Part shown: one piece after another, positions 1 to 9,603 of the stretch | Numbering within the stretch: position 1 is the stretch's first letter | Layout: every line of letters starts with the position of its first letter | Assembly: GCA_003226295.1 (NCBI GenBank) | Contig: CP029803.1 | Span: 736,211-800,210, forward strand | Origin: Candidatus Moanibacter tarae | Lineage (GTDB): Bacteria; Verrucomicrobiota; Verrucomicrobiia; Opitutales; UBA2987 | Reading direction: 5' to 3' | Length of the DNA: 64,000 nt | Made by a program: the position numbers and the translations under genes | Notes under the pieces: generated by a model | What the model was told of the DNA's origin: nothing | Seen by the model: the letters and a program-made list of their open reading frames with translations, nothing else | Databases searched by the model: none

Positions 1-2
1 TT

Positions 3-1082
3 AACCTGGCCGAAATGGAGGAAGGATCCAGGCGCTATTGGTCCCGTTTAGAAAGTACACAAGCTCAAGGTGTTATACATGTTATGCATGTTACGACTGA
101 TGATGGTGTTGAGGGAATGTGCACGGTGGGTGATGCACGTTATCGCAAGATCTTGGAGAGCGATCTTGATCATCTCCGTCATCTTGCCGTAGGAGAGGAT
201 CCTCTTGATCGCGAAAGGCTGAACTCGAAATTGAGTTACGCGACACGCTTTATGTTTACCCGCCCAGGATGGTTTGGTGCATTTGATAATTGCCTTTGGG
301 ATATTGCTGGAAAGGTTTCCGGCATGTCGGTTTGCCGAATGCTGGGTAGAGCACGATCCGAGGCACCCGCTTACTACAATTACGGTGGTAAAGACAAGAA
401 GGCTGCAATTGAAGACGCACATAAAGCCTTGGATATGGGCTTTTCTGCATTGAAGGACCACTTTTCTGGTCGCGGGCGTGAGAATGTCGCTTGGTCTGAA
501 GCGGTGCGTAAAGCGATAGGCCCTAATGTTGAGCTCTTGCACGACGCCGCCGGGTGTACCTATACATTCGAAGAAGCTGTGCAGGTGGGAAGAGCCCTGG
601 AGCAACTTGAGTTTCTTTGGTTTGAGGAACCCCTTCCGGATCGAGATATGATTCCCTTGCAACGGCTCTGTGCAGCTCTTGATATATCTGTCATGGCGTT
701 GGAATCGATGATGCATGATATAAAATTGAGTGCTACTTGGTTAATCCAAGGTGCTACAGACCGGATTCGCGCTAATGCGCGACATGGTGTTACCTCTCTT
801 TTGAAGCTCGCTCATATGGCTGAATTACACAATACCACTGTCGAACTAAACGGGCCAGGGGGTCTATTTGGGTTGGTACACTCACACATGATGTGTGCTA
901 TTGGGAATACGACCTACTACGAGTATTTCCCGTGCGGATCGCGAGATGAGGCAGGGAAGGAGATTGGATTGTTAAATCCACCTGTTCCCGTTAATGGGAA
1001 CATTTCTCCGCCTGAAGGCCCAGGATGGGGCGCCGATTGGGATCGTTCCTATTTTGAGAAGATTCGGACAGCGGTGCTATAA
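3..1082 (+). CDS. Enolase-superfamily enzyme (mandelate racemase/muconate lactonizing enzyme family), probably 5'-truncated by the window edge
   Basis: ORF 15..1082, but the frame stays open back to nt 3. The protein is ~25 aa shorter at the N-terminus than its paralogs at 54097..55242 and 55298..56443. Motifs GWFGAFDNCLWDIAGK, LLHDAAG, WFEEPLP and ALESM sit at the Asp/Glu/Glu metal-ligand positions of the MR/MLE barrel. Confidence 0.85.
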   Translation, partial: NLAEMEEGSRRYWSRLESTQAQGVIHVMHVTTDDGVEGMCTVGDARYRKILESDLDHLRHLAVGEDPLDRERLNSKLSYATRFMFTRPGWFGAFDNCLWDIAGKVSGMSVCRMLGRARSEAPAYYNYGGKDKKAAIEDAHKALDMGFSALKDHFSGRGRENVAWSEAVRKAIGPNVELLHDAAGCTYTFEEAVQVGRALEQLEFLWFEEPLPDRDMIPLQRLCAALDISVMALESMMHDIKLSATWLIQGATDRIRANARHGVTSLLKLAHMAELHNTTVELNGPGGLFGLVHSHMMCAIGNTTYYEYFPCGSRDEAGKEIGLLNPPVPVNGNISPPEGPGWGADWDRSYFEKIRTAVL

Positions 1083-1106
1083 TTCGAACAAATAGTAATT
1101 AAACCA

Positions 1107-1745
1107 CTAGCCAGCGGCCCATACGACACTGTTTGTCACCAATTGCTGCATCATTGCCCGCTTAAAGGTGGCGGGTCCATGTCCAAGGGTTGTATAGAAC
1201 ACCCGTCCCTCACCGTATTTTTGGGTCCAGGCCATGGGCTGGCTTGGGTTATCCTCCCATATTGCTGACGCCAATATATGAATCGAGGGATCCCAAGCGG
1301 ACATGTAAATCTCGTCGTCAACCTCGAAATTCTGGATTCCAGAAGTAATCTCATGTTCGTGGTCCTCGATCTTGACTTCGAAAGTGAGTCCAGGTGGATG
1401 CCAATTAGCATGTCCACCCAACAAGGTGACAGCACGGGAAGGGACCTGCCAGGCAGCTCCATGTACACCAACAAGCCCACCACCTCCTGCAACATAGTCG
1501 AAGAGCCCGCGTTCTTGTTCGTGAGTCAGATCATTGCGATGCTCGATGTTGCCATCTTCATGGCGAACAACATTGGTGAACCCTGTGCCGAATACACAGA
1601 CATCGTATCGGTTTAAATTTAGGAGGATGTTCTTGTCCTCGATCAATTCAGCCTTGATTTCAGCGTTTTGATTCAGGAAGTCTTGAATCACATGGGCGCT
1701 TTCGTTGAATCGATGATTTTGGCCGGATAAGACGATTACTTGCAT
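1107..1745 (-). CDS. ThuA-domain protein (trehalose-utilisation-like, class-I glutamine amidotransferase-like fold)
   Basis: 212 aa. Motifs GGGGLVGVHGAAW, DDEIY and GEGRVFYTTLGHG are typical of ThuA-like proteins. Confidence 0.7.
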   Translation of the reverse strand: MQVIVLSGQNHRFNESAHVIQDFLNQNAEIKAELIEDKNILLNLNRYDVCVFGTGFTNVVRHEDGNIEHRNDLTHEQERGLFDYVAGGGGLVGVHGAAWQVPSRAVTLLGGHANWHPPGLTFEVKIEDHEHEITSGIQNFEVDDEIYMSAWDPSIHILASAIWEDNPSQPMAWTQKYGEGRVFYTTLGHGPATFKRAMMQQLVTNSVVWAAG

Positions 1746-1999
1746 GCAGTTTGTTTTCTTAGACTTTAACCAGATATTGGCGAATGGGATTAGATCATCT
1801 AAATGGAATTACACCTTTAATTAGTCAACGAGATACGCTTCCCTAGCGAGATGATGTGTTTCCACAGGGGATCGGAGATGAAACTATGAAAACCCACTTC
1901 GAGACAGCGACATCATAGATTAGAATATTTTAATCATTTGGTAATTATTGAAGTTATAACTCGCTGGGCACGACGTTGCGGTGCAATTCCCTCCCAAGG

Positions 2000-2599
2000 C
2001 TAGATGTCTAGCAATAATGTCTTATTAGCCCAGAGTTCTTTTAGTCGTCTGTCTCGACCGCATTTTCCCCGGTAGAATTTGTACTGCTTCGGGTTCTTTT
2101 TATAATAGTCTTGATGGTAGATTTCCGCTGGCCAGAATTTAGTAAGCTTAACAAGCTTTGTGGCGATCGGTTGTTTTAATATCCTAGCCACATAACTTTT
2201 GGAATCTTGTGCTAGTTTTTCCTCCTTTATGGAACCGTAAAATATTGCAGTCAGATAGGGACTACCCCTGTCGCAAAATTGGCCAAGCGAATCTAAGGGA
2301 TCGATGTTTACCCAAAAAACCTCTAGGAGTTTTTTGAAACTAGCCTTCTCAGGATCGTATGTTACTTGAACGACTTCTAAGTGTGTTGTTTCCCCTGTTG
2401 AAACTTCCTTGTAGGTTGGATACTCTAGACTGCCTCCAGCATAACCCGTAGCCGTATCTATGACACCCTCTAACTTGTCAAAAGGGGATTCCATGCACCA
2501 GAAGCAGCCACCTGCAAATAGTGCAGTACGATTTTCCGCATGAGTGATGGTTGAAAGGAGGATAAGGACGGAAGGAAACAGTAAACAAGGTCGGTGCAT
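2000..2599 (-). CDS. msrA: Peptide-methionine (S)-S-oxide reductase MsrA with N-terminal signal peptide
   Basis: GGCFWCME active-site motif. The N-terminus MHRPCLLFPSVLILLSTITHA/EN looks like a Sec signal. Lies 41 nt downstream of msrB on the same strand. Confidence 0.9.
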   Translation of the reverse strand: MHRPCLLFPSVLILLSTITHAENRTALFAGGCFWCMESPFDKLEGVIDTATGYAGGSLEYPTYKEVSTGETTHLEVVQVTYDPEKASFKKLLEVFWVNIDPLDSLGQFCDRGSPYLTAIFYGSIKEEKLAQDSKSYVARILKQPIATKLVKLTKFWPAEIYHQDYYKKNPKQYKFYRGKCGRDRRLKELWANKTLLLDI

Positions 2600-2640
2600 G
2601 GAGAATACGAACTGAGTTGGTAATGTTTGGGAGGATCAGA

Positions 2641-3177
2641 TCAATCTAGGATGTCTCTGTGGGTGATATCGGGTTCTTTTTGACCGATGTTTTCTTCTTT
2701 CATTGGGATGAAATCAAGAGCAACTCCGTTGATACAATAACGTAGCCCTGTAGGATTGGGACCATCCTTAAAAACGTGACCCAAGTGTCCTCCGCATCGG
2801 GAACAATGCACCTCCGTTCGTGTTGCCCAGAGCTTTCTGTCTACCTTCATTCCAATATGTCTGGAGTCGATTGGCGCGTGGTAGCTAGGCCATCCAGTTC
2901 CACTTTCGAATTTCGTTAGAGATGTAAATAAGGGAAGGTTGCATCCTGTACAGGTGTAGATTCCTGGACGTTTTTCGTTGAGAAGTTCGCTGGTGCCAGC
3001 CCTCTCAGTGCCTTCTTTACGAAGGACCTGGTACTCCTCGGAATTCAGTTCTTGCTGCCATTCGGCCTCCGATTTAACGATCGACTCGATGGGTGTATGG
3101 GTTTCTTTTTCAGCTTGCATATCTGTCATAAAAGTAAAGGCACAGGAAATCAACATCGGGTTAAAATAGGATTTCAT
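2641..3177 (-). CDS. msrB: Peptide-methionine (R)-S-oxide reductase MsrB (zinc type) with N-terminal signal peptide
   Basis: Two CxxC pairs (CTGCN, CSRCGGHLGHVF), GWPSY and the catalytic RYCING motif. Hydrophobic N-terminus MKSYFNPMLISCAFTFMTDMQA. Confidence 0.9.
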   Translation of the reverse strand: MKSYFNPMLISCAFTFMTDMQAEKETHTPIESIVKSEAEWQQELNSEEYQVLRKEGTERAGTSELLNEKRPGIYTCTGCNLPLFTSLTKFESGTGWPSYHAPIDSRHIGMKVDRKLWATRTEVHCSRCGGHLGHVFKDGPNPTGLRYCINGVALDFIPMKEENIGQKEPDITHRDILD

Positions 3178-3300
3178 GGCTTAGGCTCCATCGCTGGAAG
3201 GTAAATTCTTAAAGTAAAGCCCAACCTGGGTCCTACTCTCTAATGGGGAAAGACACTAAATTCGTAGATAACCCTTGTCTCAATCTTTAATGTGAGTAAT

Positions 3301-4098
3301 CTACCCAAGAGCGTTCGGTATTAGAGAGCCTTCACCAAAGGCTATTGAAAAATCTGGTCGATCTTTCTCTTTTATTTTGGCGCGACCATCCATGTAGCAG
3401 ACACTGAAAGCACGACGAGGTTCTTTTGTAGAGTTAACCTCGGAGCTGTGTAACAAAAAATTGTGCAATAGAAATCCTTCACCAGCTTTACATTCTAGCA
3501 TTTCCTCAGAATAGAGGGGGAGGACTTCATTAATCTGTTCTTGGTTAAGAAAGACGGTAGAATTATTTTTCTCGAACTGGCGATGTGAGCCAGGTAGGAC
3601 TTTAACGCAGCCGTTCTCTACTTTTGAATCATCTAATGCCATCCAAACGGTGATAAAAGGAGGTCGGTCAACATGTGGGAAGTTATCCTGGTGCCAGGGT
3701 AGCACAGTCCCTTTCTCAGCAGGTTTGTTCATAAACATGGCTCGAAAAATCGAGAAAGGAATACCTTTACCATAGGCTCGTTCGCAAATATCCAAAAACA
3801 TAGGCTTTTGAAGGTAACTGAGGAAAAGGGGATCAAATTCAAGTCCTTGTATCTTTCGATAAGTCAGCGTAGCTCCTTTATGACCAAGTGTTTGCTTTGG
3901 CATATCCTTGTAATCGCCAGTTTTTGAATCCAGCTGCATCATGATGAGGTCGTAGGGAACCTGAGCTGTTCCCATCATGATTTCATTTATTCGCACTCTC
4001 AGTTTGTGTAGTTCATCATCGCCTACAACCTTACCAAGACGGACAAATCCTCGTTTCTTGAAGGTTTCCCACTCTTCTCCAGTTAGATTCTGTCGCAT
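3301..4098 (-). CDS. Phytanoyl-CoA dioxygenase (PhyH) family Fe(II)/2-oxoglutarate dioxygenase
   Basis: 265 aa. N-terminal F-x-x-x-G-F motif, HxD ligand pair in LPWHQDN and a distal His in LLHSSEVN. Confidence 0.8.
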   Translation of the reverse strand: MRQNLTGEEWETFKKRGFVRLGKVVGDDELHKLRVRINEIMMGTAQVPYDLIMMQLDSKTGDYKDMPKQTLGHKGATLTYRKIQGLEFDPLFLSYLQKPMFLDICERAYGKGIPFSIFRAMFMNKPAEKGTVLPWHQDNFPHVDRPPFITVWMALDDSKVENGCVKVLPGSHRQFEKNNSTVFLNQEQINEVLPLYSEEMLECKAGEGFLLHNFLLHSSEVNSTKEPRRAFSVCYMDGRAKIKEKDRPDFSIAFGEGSLIPNALG

Positions 4099-4345
4099 TT
4101 TAGAAGCTCATACTGACAATTACATAGTATGCATCGGACGGTTGATGCTTCAACAAAATTTGACGGTCTGAAAGATAAAGTTGGCCCCAATTGTATGTTT
4201 TATAAATGTTCGATCAGATTTGAGGAGAAAATAAAATAGTAGGGTGGGTTGAGGCCTCATGCTTGATTGATCTGATTGGATTCTATTTATCAATAGCCTA
4301 TGCTAAATTCAAACTTCATTTGCGGAAACTATACATTACAAATTA

Positions 4346-5590
4346 TTACCCGCATATTATAGGATTTGGCCGATCACTGTAACCACCTGGCAGGTAGGGG
4401 AATCTCTCCTCCAAGTGTTCCGCGAGTTCGACTCCAAATCCAGGCTTCTTAGGCAGGTCCATATAGCCATTCACGACATCTAGGGGTTCCTTGAAGATTT
4501 CTGTTCGAAGTGGATCAAAGGTTTCGAATCGTTCAAGCATTAGTGCATTGGGACTGGCGGCGACAAGAGCAGCATTAGCCAAGGTGCAGCTCCCATCACC
4601 CCAATTATGGGGGCAAAAAGGTTTCCCTTTAAGGGCGGCCATACGAACGACTCGCCAGGCTTCCAATAGTCCGATTCGGCCGGCATCTGGCTGAAGCATA
4701 TCGTAGGCACCGCGGTCGAACCACTCTTTCAACTCATGAGGATCGATCAATCCTTCTCCACCCGAAATCATAACCGTAGGCAGTTCTTCCTGAAGACGAA
4801 GGTGCTGTTCGAATGAGTCTTTTCTATCACGCACCATGGGTTCTTCAAACCATGTAAAGTCTAAGTCTTCCAAAACTGGAGCAAGTTGGAGGGCTTCCTC
4901 AAGAGACCAGGGCCTTAGTTCTAGGGCGAGATCAAAATTGGGACCAACTGCTTCTCTGACTTTAACGAGGTAGGGAATAAATTTGTCAACTGTTATACCG
5001 CTATATTCCCAATAGGTTCCCGGTCTGAATTTGTAAGCAGTAAACCCTTGTTCTTTAATCGCGCTTGCCTCTTCGATCAGCTGATCGGGACGGTCGTACC
5101 AAGCGTACTTTACTCCGGCGCTGGCATAAACTCGGAGGTGGGTGTTCGGTTCTGCATCAACAGCGAGCAAGTCATAAACCGGGCGACCGCTTGCTTTTCC
5201 AACAATGTCGAACATTGCGGCCTCGACTCCAGCCCAGGCAGAACGCCCCACATTCGTTCCTCCACCCCAAGCGAGCTTGTGAACATCAAATGGATTTTTT
5301 CCGACTAATACTGGTTTTACTGTTTCTTCGAGAAACGTTTTGATCGGTAAGCAGCAACCGGAACCGCTATAGCGGCTCGAACCACCAATACCCACGATTC
5401 CTTGATCGGTGAATATTTCGACTATAATGGAATCCGACTTCCACCAAATCCCTTTACCAACCAAAAGTTGTTCCTCAGGTGGATATTCGACAGAGAGAAG
5501 GGTGACTTTCAGATCGGTAATCTTAATATTCTGTCTCTCGATTCCCTCAAGAGGATGGTGGCGATTTCTCGAGAGTGCTTCGGAATTCAT
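4346..5590 (-). CDS. Enolase-superfamily enzyme (MR/MLE family, probable acid-sugar dehydratase or cycloisomerase)
   Basis: 414 aa. Motifs EAAMFDIVGKASGRPVYDLL, FTAYKF, LALELR, WFEEP, ISGGE and PHNW. Confidence 0.85.
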   Translation of the reverse strand: MNSEALSRNRHHPLEGIERQNIKITDLKVTLLSVEYPPEEQLLVGKGIWWKSDSIIVEIFTDQGIVGIGGSSRYSGSGCCLPIKTFLEETVKPVLVGKNPFDVHKLAWGGGTNVGRSAWAGVEAAMFDIVGKASGRPVYDLLAVDAEPNTHLRVYASAGVKYAWYDRPDQLIEEASAIKEQGFTAYKFRPGTYWEYSGITVDKFIPYLVKVREAVGPNFDLALELRPWSLEEALQLAPVLEDLDFTWFEEPMVRDRKDSFEQHLRLQEELPTVMISGGEGLIDPHELKEWFDRGAYDMLQPDAGRIGLLEAWRVVRMAALKGKPFCPHNWGDGSCTLANAALVAASPNALMLERFETFDPLRTEIFKEPLDVVNGYMDLPKKPGFGVELAEHLEERFPYLPGGYSDRPNPIICG

Positions 5591-5933
5591 GGTTCTAAAG
5601 GAAGTTTCTAGTGATGGTTCGTAGTTAGCTACCCAATGCTTAGTCTGTAGATAAACACATTAATATAGCTCTATTGTGAATGCAAGAAAGGAGATGATTG
5701 GGTTTGGGAACAGCTGATTATTAGACGTCAAAATATTCTTTTTGATTGTTACTATAAGATTATAAGATTGGTTTACAGTTCGGGTGGAAGAATATTCATA
5801 TTCAGACATAGTTTAAATTCCTTAATTTTGATCCAATGGGTTAATTTCGGTGGATTTTTTCTCGAGAAATTCTTAGTAATGGATTTTTAATGAGTAGGGG
5901 TTATCATTGTGAAATATTAGCGAAAGGAATTTC

Positions 5934-7094
5934 ATGTCAAAGGACATTAAGATTACACGAATCGCAGTTACTCAGTTTAGCCATGAATTTGAAAATCTGA
6001 GCCTAGAGTCACGGTATGGATTTGATCTAGTTTACAAGGCGGGTGCAACCTTGTCCCAAAAAGGGAGTATTCTAACCATTGAAACCAGTGCTGGTGTTAG
6101 TGGCCAGACCCTTGGAGGGATTGATGACAGGACTGCGCGCTATTTGCTAGGACGGAATCCGTTAGACCGTGAGATTATATGGCATGATCTCAAACGTTCT
6201 AATAGAGTGTCGACCGGTGCGCCACCAGGAGAAGTCGATATTGCTCTTTGGGATTTTGCTGGAAAGTTATACGGTGCTCCCGTCTACGAGCTCCTCGGAG
6301 GAGGTTGGCGCAAAAAACTTCCCGCATATGCCTCAACCTATCATGGTGATGAGAATGGAGGCCTAACAACTCCAGGAGATTTTGCCCAATTTGCCAAGTA
6401 CTGTAAAGACGAGTATGGATACCCCGCTTTTAAAATTCATGGTTGGGTCAATGGTCCTATTGACCGGGAAATTGATGCGGTATTGGCTATACGGGAAGCC
6501 GTAGGAGAAAAAATGGACCTTTTGCTGGATCCCGCAGGAGCTTTTCAGACCTTTGAGGATGTTCTTAAAGTGGGGCGTGCTGTTGATGAGGCTCGTTATA
6601 TGTGGTATGAGGATCCTTTTAGAGGGGGTGGATTCTCACGTTTCGCACACGCAAAACTCCGGGAACTAATCAAGACTCCTATGTTAATGGGAGAGCATGT
6701 CCGAGGACTAGAGGCGAAGGCTGACACTATATATACCGGAGCTACCGATTTTGTACGCGCCAACGCCAATGCCGACGGAGGGATAACGGGTGTAATGAAG
6801 CTTGCCTCACTGGCCGAAGCTCATGGTTTGGATGTTGAGTTGCATGGGGGCTCCTTAGCACATCGACATGTAATGTCGACCCTGCGCAATGCCAATTACT
6901 ATGAGCTCGGGCTTGTACATCCGAAGATTCCAAACACAAAACCGCCAATTTATAACGAACGGCGGTGGCTTGATGAGCTCGATTCAGTCGATGAGAATGG
7001 TTGTGTCGAAGTGCCTGAAGGCCCTGGATTAGGGGTCCAGCTTGATTGGGACTATATTAAGGCTAACCAGACAGGAGAGGGTGTGTACGAGTGA
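5934..7094 (+). CDS. Enolase-superfamily enzyme (MR/MLE family)
   Basis: 386 aa. Motifs DIALWDFAGKLYGAPVYELLGG, FKIHG, LLLDPAG, WYEDPF, LMGEH and GATDFVRANA. AAGGA lies 8 nt upstream of the ATG. Confidence 0.85.
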   Translation: MSKDIKITRIAVTQFSHEFENLSLESRYGFDLVYKAGATLSQKGSILTIETSAGVSGQTLGGIDDRTARYLLGRNPLDREIIWHDLKRSNRVSTGAPPGEVDIALWDFAGKLYGAPVYELLGGGWRKKLPAYASTYHGDENGGLTTPGDFAQFAKYCKDEYGYPAFKIHGWVNGPIDREIDAVLAIREAVGEKMDLLLDPAGAFQTFEDVLKVGRAVDEARYMWYEDPFRGGGFSRFAHAKLRELIKTPMLMGEHVRGLEAKADTIYTGATDFVRANANADGGITGVMKLASLAEAHGLDVELHGGSLAHRHVMSTLRNANYYELGLVHPKIPNTKPPIYNERRWLDELDSVDENGCVEVPEGPGLGVQLDWDYIKANQTGEGVYE

Positions 7095-7390
7095 GATTAA
7101 CCGGGTTTTAAGTGTCTAGATGGTCAAGATCCTACGGGATCTCTTAGACAGGATGCTATGCTCACTTATATGACTGCGAATTTTTGTGAGGTTTCCATTG
7201 GAATCCTTGAGGATCTTAAGGGTTCCAATCCGAATCGATTTATACAGTCTTATTTCCCGAGGGGGTAAGCTTTTAGTCCTTGTGGATGTTCAAAAACCGA
7301 GGAAGTTCTTTGTCGATCGGTACATCGTGTCTTGACTGATTTTGATTTGATCCCTCAATTGTCGGCGGTAGTGCTAGAAAGAAAGGATAT

Positions 7391-8101
7391 ATGCAGGTAG
7401 AAGTTGAAAGATTATTTCGGGCACCGTATTCGGTACCCAATGGATTGCAGGTGGTAGATGAAGGAATATGGATTGCTGACCAGATCACAGGCCGTGTTGC
7501 TTTAATGGAGATAGAGAGTGTCGATCCAGACTACGGAACGACAAAGTTTATTCGGGATATTCCTTCTGAATCGTCCAATACCAGTGGGATGGCATTCGGA
7601 GGAGGCTTCCTCTGGCTTGCGGCGAATGGGGATGGTTCAAGATGGCGGCCGGTTCGTGAAACGGATCCCAAAAGTGGAACGTCTGAAATTTTTAAGATTG
7701 ATCCGAAGAATGGAAACACGGTGAACCGCTATTTGGTTCCTGGTGGCGGTGGGGTCCATGGGTTTGAATACGATCATGTAGAGGAGGATGTGGTTTGGGT
7801 AACACATCCGGGACGAAAGGAGATGAGTAAGGTCCGTTTGCCGGATTGGACGGTTGAGCGAGTCTATAAGCTACCTCGAGAAAGGGCACATGGCGTCGTT
7901 CGTATGGAAGATGGAATTTGGGTGACTTTTACCTCGGATAGGGTGATTGTGATGTTAGATCTGGACTCAGGTGAAGAGCTTGACTGCATTGAGGTCCCCG
8001 AGCCGCATCCGCAACCGCATGGATTGTCTCTATACGGGGAGGGTTTTATCTACTGCGATGCTAGTTCTGGATGGGTGGCAAAGATTAACATGATGCTCTA
8101 A
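7391..8101 (+). CDS. Hypothetical protein, beta-propeller-like repeats (possible lactonase-type fold, weak)
   Basis: 236 aa. Recurrent G-I-W-(I/V)-x-D/T blade-like segments (DEGIWIADQ, GFLWLAANG, DVVWVTHPG, DGIWVTFTS, GFIYCDASS). No catalytic motif recognised. Confidence 0.5.
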   Translation: MQVEVERLFRAPYSVPNGLQVVDEGIWIADQITGRVALMEIESVDPDYGTTKFIRDIPSESSNTSGMAFGGGFLWLAANGDGSRWRPVRETDPKSGTSEIFKIDPKNGNTVNRYLVPGGGGVHGFEYDHVEEDVVWVTHPGRKEMSKVRLPDWTVERVYKLPRERAHGVVRMEDGIWVTFTSDRVIVMLDLDSGEELDCIEVPEPHPQPHGLSLYGEGFIYCDASSGWVAKINMML

Positions 8102-8307
8102 ATAAGACTTCAAATAACGTCTCCTATAAAGTAAACAATAGTCTAAGTTTCCTATAGGGACTATTAGGAATAGATTTTCGAATTAAAGGAAAACTAAAAT
8201 TTAGTTGTAATCGATTCGTGATGAAATGTGTAATTCCTAGTTTATGCAGGATCCGGTTCCTCCTAAATTTTAGATGTGATGTATCAAATTTCATCCGAGG
8301 ATAAGCT

Positions 8308-9363
8308 ATGCCAAAAGATAAGATTAGAATTGGTGTCATAGGAGCTGGCGGAATTTTCCGTACCCGTCACTTCCCTGGCCTGGCCAAGGTTAAAGACGCT
8401 GAGGTTGTTGCAATCTGCAATCGATCAGTTGCGAGTGGCCGAAAAATTTCAAAGGAATTTGGGATCGAACCCGATCTCATGACCGATCCTTATGCCCTAA
8501 TCGCACGCGATGACATTGATGCAGTGATGATTGGGACTTGGCCCTATAAGCACTGCGAGTATGTATTAAAGTCACTCGATGCTGGTAAACATACTTGGGT
8601 CCAGGCACGGATGGCTATGAATTTGAGAGAAGCCCGTGAGATGTACTCTAAGTCAGAGGAAACCGGTCTTGCTGCTCAGATTTGTCAACCCCCTCATGCT
8701 ATGAAAGGCGACTACTACATGCGTCGTCTGATAGCTGATGGTTATGTTGGTGATATCACGAATATCGTTATTCGGTCCATGACTCCAGCCCTACTCAATC
8801 CAAGAACTCCACTGCATTGGCGACAAATCAGCCAATTATCTGGTCTAAATACGATGAGCGTCGGTATGCTTTATGAGTTTGTTAATCGGTGGTGTGGAGA
8901 CACTTCCTCTCTGACTGCCCAAGCTGTTACATTCACGAAACAACGTCCGGTCGGCCGAGAGAAAATGGGAGATGTTGATCGGCCTGACACGGTCAATATT
9001 CTTGCTGTCATGGAAAGTGGGGCGACTGCCGTCTACATGTTCTCGGGCGCTGCTCATCATGCGCCGAGTGAACGTATCGAGATCTATGGGAATGCAGGTA
9101 CTTTGGTTTACGAAACAGCCGTTAACCTCAATGACCAACGCATCCTCGGTGCCAAAGGAACGGGAAAAGAGCTTAAAGAACTTTCTGTTCCTCGAAAAGA
9201 CGCTTGCAGGTGGACCGTTGAGTCGGACTTTATCAATTCCATCAAGACCGGTGAGCTTGCCGAATCGACCTTTTATCAGGGTGTCAAGTACATGGAATTC
9301 ACCGAGGCTGTTTTTCGTTCGGTGGAACGCGGTCAGACCGTGAATTTTCCAGTTGTCGACTAA
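8308..9363 (+). CDS. Gfo/Idh/MocA family oxidoreductase
   Basis: N-terminal Rossmann motif IRIGVIGAGGIF. 351 aa, typical for the family. GAGGA upstream of the ATG. Confidence 0.85.
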   Translation: MPKDKIRIGVIGAGGIFRTRHFPGLAKVKDAEVVAICNRSVASGRKISKEFGIEPDLMTDPYALIARDDIDAVMIGTWPYKHCEYVLKSLDAGKHTWVQARMAMNLREAREMYSKSEETGLAAQICQPPHAMKGDYYMRRLIADGYVGDITNIVIRSMTPALLNPRTPLHWRQISQLSGLNTMSVGMLYEFVNRWCGDTSSLTAQAVTFTKQRPVGREKMGDVDRPDTVNILAVMESGATAVYMFSGAAHHAPSERIEIYGNAGTLVYETAVNLNDQRILGAKGTGKELKELSVPRKDACRWTVESDFINSIKTGELAESTFYQGVKYMEFTEAVFRSVERGQTVNFPVVD

Positions 9364-9603
9364 AGAATAACTTGCAGGATTCAGATCTAGTGTTCGAAAG
9401 ATACGATGCTGGTGTGTGCCCTCGTTCCACTAACAGGAGTGTCTCCTTCACCTCAAAGAAAATATAGAGAATTGAAGAGTAAGGTTCTTTCAGACAACTA
9501 ATCTTTGATTTTGATATTCCATAATTCTTTTATCTTCTGGAATGGGAGCAATTGTAGCCTTAGAATCGCGGTTAAAAGAACCTGGTAAAGGGAGGGAATA
9601 ACG

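Noticed and set aside
48-716. A 222-aa antisense ORF inside the first enolase gene. Similar long shadow ORFs occur at 61849..62379 (+), 36949..37338 (+), 53253..53645 (-) and 32808..33206 (-).
   Set aside because: Each lies wholly inside a CDS that has strong family motifs. The translations are low-complexity or Cys/Arg/Ser-rich with no recognisable domains. The copies inside the 1201-bp repeat simply duplicate along with the real gene. They are typical shadow ORFs.
3133-3177. A lipobox-like L-I-S-C in the MsrB N-terminus, suggesting a lipoprotein.
   Set aside because: The Cys is at residue 12, which leaves too short a signal for a typical lipoprotein signal peptide. An ordinary Sec signal with cleavage after MQA (residue 22) fits better.
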